Origin: Candidatus Saccharimonadota bacterium | Lineage (GTDB): Bacteria > Patescibacteriota > Saccharimonadia > Saccharimonadales > Saccharimonadaceae | Direction: 5' to 3' | DNA length: 64,000 bases | NCBI GenBank assembly: GCA_028289015.1 | Contig: JAQGHC010000015.1 | Span: forward strand, 9,210-73,209 | Shown here: one piece after another, positions 56,994-64,000 of the stretch | How the letters are laid out: the number at the start of each line of letters is the position of its first letter | How positions within the stretch are numbered: position 1 is the first letter of the stretch | Made by a program: the position numbers and the translations under genes | Notes under the pieces: model-generated | The model's input: only the letters and a program-made list of their open reading frames with translations | What the model was told of the DNA's origin: nothing | The model's database searches: none

Positions 56994-58075
56994 GTGACGC
57001 TACCTGATTTATTTGGTACGGCAGATATCCATGTCTGGCCACGGATAAGCGGGATGTCTTTGCCGGTTATATCGGTAAACGTGATTTGGGCCGCACGGTC
57101 CGCTTTGTGCCATGTGGCTGTCTGCGCAGTTCCGTTTTGGAAAATAACCGCTTCCCCGCTACCGGTTGTCGTAATGCTTTCTCGGTAGCCATCTTCCATA
57201 ATTTTAGTCATCGCGACTTTTAAGACAATGACAGTAGACGGTGCAATTTGGCCGTCTTCACGGTCAAGGTGCGCAGCGCCGGCTTGCGAACGTATATAAG
57301 TGTTCGCTACTCGGTCCCAGACGTAGCTGCTATTGTAGAGCGGCCCGCTGATTGACACATTGATAGTGGTGGCATTTGGTGCTTCGCTTGGCTTGCCATC
57401 TATCCGAGTAAACCCACTAAACGTCGATTCAGTATAGCCCTTTGCCTGGTTGAGTGCATCGAGCCGTTCGAAGCTGGTGTAGACATTGTGAGGAGCGTAG
57501 CGGTCTACCGCTCTCCAGTACGTGCCTGGATTGACGAACTGATCAATGTCGCGGTAGGTGCCATTGCGTACTTCTGTTAGGGCTGCCGCACTACCGCCGA
57601 CATGGGCGATGCTGGCGTTAAACGGAGCAAGCCAATCGACGTAATACATACGAAGACTGCGAACGGGGCCGATCAGCTGCGGCTTATCCTGCTGATGGAG
57701 GGTTAAGAACCGGGTGATACCACCTTCGGCAATTGCTTCGAAGACGACGCCAGATTGCTTTAAGCCGGATTGTGGTCGTGCATCAGGGCTGTTTTCGAGC
57801 ATAATTGCTGTGACGGCTTGTTTAGTAGCCGCTTCCGACTCGACGAGAGCGCCGGTCAGTGGTGAGTAATATTTCATTTCGACGACTGGTTTTGATGTTG
57901 TTTTAGAGGGAACTTTGACGACTGGGTCTGGTGTTTGACTGATTATAGCGAAAGCAACGACGCCAACGATCAAAATAAGCGCAGCACCTGCAATGACGTA
58001 CATTTTTCGAGGATGAGTTTTTATCCATGTACGTATTCGCGGGAGGAGGGGGATTTTACTAGTTTTAGGATTCAT
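56984..58075 (-). CDS. DUF3048 (YerB-like) membrane-anchored protein
   Basis: SPLTG, MLENSPDARPQSGL, EAIAEGGITRF, GPVRSLRMYY, RYAPHNVY, GQTWI. Confidence 0.9.
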   Translation of the reverse strand: MNPKTSKIPLLPRIRTWIKTHPRKMYVIAGAALILIVGVVAFAIISQTPDPVVKVPSKTTSKPVVEMKYYSPLTGALVESEAATKQAVTAIMLENSPDARPQSGLKQSGVVFEAIAEGGITRFLTLHQQDKPQLIGPVRSLRMYYVDWLAPFNASIAHVGGSAAALTEVRNGTYRDIDQFVNPGTYWRAVDRYAPHNVYTSFERLDALNQAKGYTESTFSGFTRIDGKPSEAPNATTINVSISGPLYNSSYVWDRVANTYIRSQAGAAHLDREDGQIAPSTVIVLKVAMTKIMEDGYRESITTTGSGEAVIFQNGTAQTATWHKADRAAQITFTDITGKDIPLIRGQTWISAVPNKSGSVTWQ

Positions 58076-58144
58076 GCTAGTGGTTATTATAACAGAAATC
58101 GTTAACAAAACGAGTCGTCAAAAAAATAAGCTATCAGCAGTAAA

Positions 58145-58774
58145 TTAGCGGCTTTTATGGCCACGCCAAATCATAGCGTCGTAAGCGGCTTGGACTTCCT
58201 GGGGGATGATTTGTTTTGCCTGAAAGCCTTTTTTAGCATACGAGCGTAGTCGCTGAAAGTTGCCAAGGATGTCACGTATTGTCTCGCCTCGCCCGTGACG
58301 AAGTGAATACTCCGCAAGAGACGTGGATTCGTGGCGATTGATAAATTCAGGTTGGTCACCTTGCCACTGGGCCTGGGCGCTTGCAAGCAATGTGCGGGAC
58401 ATGTAGGGGGCATCGACGAGGATAACGGTTGTCGGAGTGATATCGTTTTCGGTGAGCAATGACTGCGCGTTTGCAATCACCTGCGTTGTGTTTAAGGCAA
58501 GGCCGTCTTTTAGGATGGATGATTCGGGGACGCCGTATGTACGGGCGATTTTTGCCATCGCCCCGGCTTTTGTTATCGTGCTGCCCAGCTGCTCGCCGCC
58601 AGAAAAAAGAATCATCGGCGCAAAACTCATACCGTAAAGTTCGACTGCAAGGTGCGCTACTTCTATATCTTTCGTGCCGTCAGCGATGATTACGTCAGCA
58701 TGTTTCAGCGCAGATTCGATTGCCAGATAGCTCCAGATAATTGCCAATAACTGATCGTCGGATCGCCTATCCAT
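58145..58774 (-). CDS. YdcF/DUF218-family protein (divergent)
   Basis: IWSYL...ADVII..G..D..VA..AVELY...APMILFSGG...GVPESSIL...NT. Confidence 0.8.
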   Translation of the reverse strand: MDRRSDDQLLAIIWSYLAIESALKHADVIIADGTKDIEVAHLAVELYGMSFAPMILFSGGEQLGSTITKAGAMAKIARTYGVPESSILKDGLALNTTQVIANAQSLLTENDITPTTVILVDAPYMSRTLLASAQAQWQGDQPEFINRHESTSLAEYSLRHGRGETIRDILGNFQRLRSYAKKGFQAKQIIPQEVQAAYDAMIWRGHKSR

Positions 58775-60241
58775 TTAGGCGGCCGCCGCTTCGATAGCGC
58801 GTTGCAATCGGTCGATGGTAGTTTGTTTGCCGAGGGTTGCCAGGGTGTCGTTAAGCGCCGGACTAAACGGTGCCCAGCTAACCGCGAGGCGGATCATACT
58901 AAATAACACGCCAGGTTTTTGGCCGGTCGTTTCAAGTAACTGATTAAGTGTTGCTTGGATTGTTTCGGCGTCAAAGTCGCTTGTTTGCAGTGCGCCAACA
59001 GTGTGCCGCAGCATGTCCGTCAGTTCGCTATGGCTGTATTTTTTCAGCTGCTTATTGTCATCAGCCATTGCCCAGTTCGGTACGGGGTTTTCAAAAAAGT
59101 AGCTGCTTAATAGTGGTAGGTCAGTAAGCGTTTTCAGCCGGTCTTGAACAAGTGCAAGAATTTCCTTTTTACGCTCGATTGTTACTGTCGATGCGCTTTC
59201 AGGCCAAAAATCAGTAACCCGATCAAATAGATCATCCAAATTTAAGCGACGAATCCATTGACCGTTTAACCATAGTAGTCGCTGTTCATCAAAACGAGCG
59301 GGACTTTTTTGGACACGCTCAAGACTGAATTTTTCAATTAGTTCTGTCTGTGAGAAAATTTCTTGCTCCGTCCCGTCGTTCCAGCCTAGTGTGGCTAAAA
59401 AGTTCATCATTGCTTCCGGAAGGTAGCCTTCGTTGCCGTAGTCAAGGATGTCTTTGGCACCGTCGCGTTTACCAAGCTTTTTCTTGCCATCGATCGCCAT
59501 AACGAACGGGAGGGTCGCAAAAACAGGTCGCTCGATATGCAATGCCTCGTAAAGATTCAAAAATTTAGGAGTACTGCTGATGAACTCTTGGCTGCGAAGG
59601 ACGTGCGTAATGCCCATGAGCGCATCATCGATGATGTGACAGAAGTTATATGTCGGAAAGCCATCGCCTTTTATTAGGATATAATCGTCAATCGCCTCTG
59701 GTCCGGTTGACAGATTGCCCATGACTGCATCAGTCCATGTGTATGCTTTTGGATCCGATTTAAATCGGAGTGGCTGCGTGCCGTCCCAAGCTGGAGGGTT
59801 TTCAGGGCGATGGTCGCGGTAAAGGAAAGCGCGCTTATTTGCTTTTGCCTCGTTACGAAACGCCTCCAGCTCTTCCTGTGAATATGGGTCAGCATAGGCC
59901 CTACCCTCGTCGACAAGTTTCTGTGCCCATTTAAGGTAGATTGGTAGGCGTTCGGACTGTAAATACGGGCCATGTTCGCCGCCAATGCCCACACCTTCAT
60001 TCCATTCAATTCCTAGCCAATTTAGGCTTTTTTGGATTTGCTGGATACTACCACTGACTTCTCTGACTTTATCAGTGTCTTCAATTCGAAGTATAAATGT
60101 TCCTTGCATTCTGCGTGCGATTAACCATGAAAAAAGTGCGGTTCGGACGCCGCCGACGTGCATAAAGCCTGTAGGGCTAGGCGCGAATCGCGTACGTACC
60201 GAACCATTTATAATAGGTATTGAAGATAGGTGATCAGACAT
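58775..60241 (-). CDS. gltX: Glutamate--tRNA ligase
   Basis: RTRFAPSPTGFMHVGG (HIGH), LRIEDTD, YLQSER, KLGKR (KMSKS). Confidence 0.97.
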   Translation of the reverse strand: MSDHLSSIPIINGSVRTRFAPSPTGFMHVGGVRTALFSWLIARRMQGTFILRIEDTDKVREVSGSIQQIQKSLNWLGIEWNEGVGIGGEHGPYLQSERLPIYLKWAQKLVDEGRAYADPYSQEELEAFRNEAKANKRAFLYRDHRPENPPAWDGTQPLRFKSDPKAYTWTDAVMGNLSTGPEAIDDYILIKGDGFPTYNFCHIIDDALMGITHVLRSQEFISSTPKFLNLYEALHIERPVFATLPFVMAIDGKKKLGKRDGAKDILDYGNEGYLPEAMMNFLATLGWNDGTEQEIFSQTELIEKFSLERVQKSPARFDEQRLLWLNGQWIRRLNLDDLFDRVTDFWPESASTVTIERKKEILALVQDRLKTLTDLPLLSSYFFENPVPNWAMADDNKQLKKYSHSELTDMLRHTVGALQTSDFDAETIQATLNQLLETTGQKPGVLFSMIRLAVSWAPFSPALNDTLATLGKQTTIDRLQRAIEAAAA

Positions 60242-60288
60242 AATTACTCTTAGTATAGCAGGTAACGGCCGGGTACTCTACCGGCTAG

Positions 60289-61245
60289 CTACATGCTGGT
60301 TGCGATGTCAAGAATTTGATTACTTGATAATAACGCGTTGCCGTTGATAGTGTAACGGATGCCGTCGTTTACCCAAGCGGCATTATTATCGAAGATGTAG
60401 ACGGTAATTCCCTGTTCGCTGTGTGGAATATAGCCACCTTTTGAAGTAGGTTCAACGTAATTAGCAAGTAGTGCACTAGAATCCCAGCCACTTTTCTCTT
60501 GTTTGACGGTAAAGCCTTGATCGCTGCCATTGGCAACATACTGGATGCCGACTTGACCTTCGGTGTAAGCGACTTTATTGATACGGTAGCCATCTGGGTG
60601 ATAGCCGGGGTATGTCGCACCAAACCCAGCTTGTGCAGCTGCGACGCGGACGGACAAATTCGGCATATTCAGGTAGGTAAAGTAACCAGCGAGCATAATC
60701 AGCGCGAGGCTGGCAGACATGATACTGAAGGTGCGGGAATGCTGACGTGGCTGTTTGACCTGTTTTGTCTTTGCCGTATGTGATGGTGCTTGAGCAAGCG
60801 CTTCGGCAATTGCTTCGTCCTTGATAATCTGCGAAGGCTTCGGCGCATGGGCGGTAACTGTGGCAGATTTTTGTGCCAACTGAGTTTTTTGGTGCGTCTT
60901 TACTGCAATGGGGTGTGCTTTTGGACCGATGTCCATGTGACGCATGGTCGGTTTTGCGCCTGCCGGATGTGGAGCGAACCGAGTGATCGCTGGGCTCTTT
61001 TGAGCGGCAAGCTTAGGCTGTACTGTTTGTTTTTGTACAATCTTGTGTACTGCGTTCGGTGCTTTTTTTACGAACGCACGATTTAGTGTCGCGGATTTTT
61101 GAGTCGCTTTATGAACATTATGAGAATAGTGCTGGACGCGCGAGCTGGTAGTCGGCGCAACAACGACTTCAGGAGATTTACTGAGTGGCAAACCAGTCTG
61201 AGCATCATAGATAATGCCGTTTATCGTGACCGTTTGTTGACTCAT
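60289..61245 (-). CDS. Single-pass membrane protein with basic disordered N-terminus (DUF4367-like C-domain)
   Basis: TVTINGIIYDAQTG start, TM, YPGYHPDGY...AAWVNDGIRYTI. Confidence 0.7.
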   Translation of the reverse strand: MSQQTVTINGIIYDAQTGLPLSKSPEVVVAPTTSSRVQHYSHNVHKATQKSATLNRAFVKKAPNAVHKIVQKQTVQPKLAAQKSPAITRFAPHPAGAKPTMRHMDIGPKAHPIAVKTHQKTQLAQKSATVTAHAPKPSQIIKDEAIAEALAQAPSHTAKTKQVKQPRQHSRTFSIMSASLALIMLAGYFTYLNMPNLSVRVAAAQAGFGATYPGYHPDGYRINKVAYTEGQVGIQYVANGSDQGFTVKQEKSGWDSSALLANYVEPTSKGGYIPHSEQGITVYIFDNNAAWVNDGIRYTINGNALLSSNQILDIATSM

Positions 61246-61384
61246 GTTAGCTTCTCCCCTTTTTTAGTCAAAAGAGAGGCGGCTACTACCTTTCGCCCCT
61301 CTTTTGCGATTGCTACTTAGTATAGTAGATAAATGCTAACGATTATGCAAGAGTTTATCCTAAAGTTGGTATAATAGAAGTAAT

Positions 61385-62854
61385 ATGTATCGTCAACCTT
61401 CAAAACGCAAACAACTGCTTAAACTATTTACTATCTATACCGCTATGTCGGTTGCAGTCATCGTGCTTGTGTCGATTCTTGTTTTCTTTATGCTAGGCTA
61501 CCAATTTAATCGGACGGACGGCAAGATTGAGCAGGGCGGCTTGGTACAGTTTGATACGCGTCCATCTGGCGCCGACGTGACGATTGACGGTAAGACGTTG
61601 GGAACGCGCACGGCATCGCGCAAGACGCTGACGACTGGTCAACATTTTATTACAATGCAGCGACCTGGGTATAAACAGTGGCAAAAATCTATTGATGTGA
61701 AAGCCGGTAGCGTATTGTGGCTGACGTATGCACGTCTTGTCCCGAACGACTTGAAGCCAGCCAATGTCGCTAGTTTTGCAACTGTCTCAAGCACTGCTTC
61801 TTCACCCGACAATAAGTGGATGGCTGTCAAAGACGACCCTACGACACCGACAATCCGTTTGGCAGATATATCTGGCGATGCGGTAGAGGTGACGAATATT
61901 GAAATACCAGCAACGGCCTATACCGCTCCTAGTCCTGACAAGTCGCAGTCGTTCTCACTTGAAACATGGAATCCCAGTAGCCGATCTATCCTTGTGAAGC
62001 ATACGTATGACGATACAAAAACAGAGTGGCTTGTCATTGACCCCCAGAATATTACGGCATCGAGAAATGTGACGACACTACTTGGCGTCAATGCGACAAA
62101 GGTTGTTTTTAGTGGAAATAATAATTCGATTCTTTACGCTTTGGTGGAAAATAGTATTCGTAAAATCGATTTAGGTGCGACAACATTATCAGGTCCGCTC
62201 GTTTCGAATGTTGCGGAGTTTTCGATGTACGATAACACGACCATTATGTACACTACGCTGTTGGACCCGTCGACCAAGATGCGTCATGCCGGATATTTTG
62301 ACGAAGGTGCGACCAAGCCGCGCATCATCCGAACGTACACTGATGACGGACAGGTGCCGTTGCATATCGCAGTCGGTAAGTATTTTGATGATTATTATGT
62401 CGCTATTGCCTATGATCAAACCGTAGAGATTATGAAGGGCGCATTGCCGCGCAGTGACATCACTAGCCCGTCGCCATTTACACCGGTGACGACAATGAGT
62501 ACACCGGGAGGTGCGCAGTATCTTTCAATCTTGACTAATGGCCGCTTCGTCGTGGCTCAAACGCCGACGGCCTTCGAGGTGAGGGATATAGAATTAAGTA
62601 AGACAACGACCACGTTAAAGTCGGTAGCGCCGTTGCAACGTGAACTACGCTGGCTCGACGGCTACACGGTGTGGAGCGACCAAGACGGTATCCTTCGTAC
62701 GTACGAATTTGACGGGTTGAACCAGCGTGAAATTATGCCAGTTGCACCTGGATTTAGTGTCACCTATAGCCCGAATGCAAAATACCTCTACGGTATCGTT
62801 AAGTCAGCTGACGGTAAATTCCATCTTGAACGCGTTCAAATGATCCTTCCGTAA
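61385..62854 (+). CDS. PEGA-domain membrane protein with beta-propeller-like C-terminus
   Basis: N-terminal TM; GLVQFDTRPSGADVTIDG...GQHFITMQRPGYKQWQK. Confidence 0.85.
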   Translation: MYRQPSKRKQLLKLFTIYTAMSVAVIVLVSILVFFMLGYQFNRTDGKIEQGGLVQFDTRPSGADVTIDGKTLGTRTASRKTLTTGQHFITMQRPGYKQWQKSIDVKAGSVLWLTYARLVPNDLKPANVASFATVSSTASSPDNKWMAVKDDPTTPTIRLADISGDAVEVTNIEIPATAYTAPSPDKSQSFSLETWNPSSRSILVKHTYDDTKTEWLVIDPQNITASRNVTTLLGVNATKVVFSGNNNSILYALVENSIRKIDLGATTLSGPLVSNVAEFSMYDNTTIMYTTLLDPSTKMRHAGYFDEGATKPRIIRTYTDDGQVPLHIAVGKYFDDYYVAIAYDQTVEIMKGALPRSDITSPSPFTPVTTMSTPGGAQYLSILTNGRFVVAQTPTAFEVRDIELSKTTTTLKSVAPLQRELRWLDGYTVWSDQDGILRTYEFDGLNQREIMPVAPGFSVTYSPNAKYLYGIVKSADGKFHLERVQMILP

Positions 62855-62869
62855 TGGATTTGCTGGTTA

Positions 62870-64000
62870 TTATTCACCAAAGATGCGCTGCAATAGTGTC
62901 GGAGAGTTGCCTGGAATAGCGAATGAGCCGTTCGTTGAACCGCTTTCAGGTGCAGCGGTTGCTGCCGATGGACTAGGGCTGACTTGCTCTGCTGTTACAA
63001 GTAGACGTTCAAGTGAGGTGCCTAGCGGCGTACAGGTGATAAGCGTCAATACTGGTTTGTCGGTCGGGTAAATTAATTTATTGACTTCAGTTGGCTTCAC
63101 TATTTCTATCTTTGTTACGACATAGGTATAGCGAATGCCGTTATAATTGGCGTAAACTGTGTCGCCTTTCGCAAGACGCTCTAATTGTGCAAAGATGAAT
63201 TTATAGGCGCCCGGGTCGATAATGTCATTGCTGGAATGTCCGGAAAGAACGGTGTTCCCTATTTGACCCGGTTTGCTATTAGCGCCGGGAATACCAAACC
63301 ATGCGACGCCGCCTTCCATCGCTTTCATCTGCGCGTCGTAGTCGGGCGTGACTTCGTACTCGACTGGAACGTCGACATTAATCTTTGGGATAATCAATTT
63401 TGGTTCAGGACTGACCGCAACGTTAGTTAGCGGATCGACGATGATATTGGCGGGATCAATACTGCCGGGGCTGATGTATGCCTCGACATTCGCAAACAAT
63501 ACTCGGTTGTATTGCAAGAAAAGAAATAGCACAACAACACAGGCTGCCGCTGCGACCGGAACGAAATGCTGACTTTTTCTGACTTTTTTAGCAGAGTCAT
63601 TCACCTTTCCTAACAATTTATTACGCAGGTCGTACAGCGCTTCCTCTCGGTTGAAAGTGTCTTTCGGCGCTTCTTGTGCGGGCGCGGCGTTTGCTGGTAG
63701 TTCGTTTTTGCTTATCTGAGCTGCACGCGCCTCCATTTCTTGATGTGCACGGTATACTTGACCGACGTAGTATCGCTCATAGTATTTTTGGTAATAATCT
63801 TGCCAGGCGCTATGGTACTGTTTCCATTGATCGGCATTTACTTCTGCGGGGTTGGATTGAATGCGTTCGTAGGGGTTAGTTGTGTGTAATTCTTGCTGCT
63901 TGATGGCTTGATTTTGTGCGACGGGCGTCGTTTGCGGAGTGGGTGTCGAGGTGTTACCGCCGTAAATGGAGTCAAGCTGATCGCGAACAATATTCGCAGC
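62870..64000 (-). CDS. Sortase, 5' end beyond the window
   Basis: LIIPKINVDVP, GNTVLSGHSS, LTLITCTP...RLLV; the frame stays open to base 64000 (WKQYHSAWQDYYQKYYERYY). Confidence 0.92.
   Translation of the reverse strand, partial: AANIVRDQLDSIYGGNTSTPTPQTTPVAQNQAIKQQELHTTNPYERIQSNPAEVNADQWKQYHSAWQDYYQKYYERYYVGQVYRAHQEMEARAAQISKNELPANAAPAQEAPKDTFNREEALYDLRNKLLGKVNDSAKKVRKSQHFVPVAAAACVVVLFLFLQYNRVLFANVEAYISPGSIDPANIIVDPLTNVAVSPEPKLIIPKINVDVPVEYEVTPDYDAQMKAMEGGVAWFGIPGANSKPGQIGNTVLSGHSSNDIIDPGAYKFIFAQLERLAKGDTVYANYNGIRYTYVVTKIEIVKPTEVNKLIYPTDKPVLTLITCTPLGTSLERLLVTAEQVSPSPSAATAAPESGSTNGSFAIPGNSPTLLQRIFGE

Noticed and set aside
1..64000. CRISPR array, DGR/retron, prophage, IS element, rRNA
   Set aside because: No repeat-spacer array, reverse transcriptase, phage structural gene, transposase or rRNA signature was recognised. 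The remaining short antisense ORFs in the track are shadows of real genes.

Overview
Chromosomal window from a small-genome bacterium, most consistent with Candidatus Saccharibacteria (TM7, Patescibacteria/CPR). This is inferred from the many dispersed class III signal-peptide pilins, reduced dcw cluster, short MetK, PIF1 helicase, VirD4-like ATPase, sigma70-r4/HTH protein and sortase with an LPxTG substrate. Genes run almost all on + up to 25.6 kb and mostly on - after 26.5 kb. The convergence point is an ~860-bp AT-rich gap holding a palindromic 11-6-11 dif-like site, so the window probably spans the replication terminus. Core content: metK under a SAM-I riboswitch, mraZ-rsmH-ftsL-ftsI-mraY-ftsW-murG-ftsQ, topA, dprA, pth, der, gltX, tRNA-Glu(CTC), two two-component pairs and a sortase. 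Unexplained structure: (i) three candidate structured non-coding RNAs (mraZ-rsmH spacer, divergent from dprA, upstream of an 83-aa ORF), two with C-rich/CCUCC single-stranded motifs; (ii) at least seven self-contained promoter-ORFan-hairpin cassettes between core genes; (iii) three intact and two decayed pilin genes; (iv) an ORFan cluster with a tandem paralog pair ending in a stand-alone KwaB/DUF4868-like gene; (v) an RNase H-PNPOx-like fusion. No CRISPR array, integrase, transposase or rRNA was seen. All family assignments come from motif recognition by eye, not database searches.
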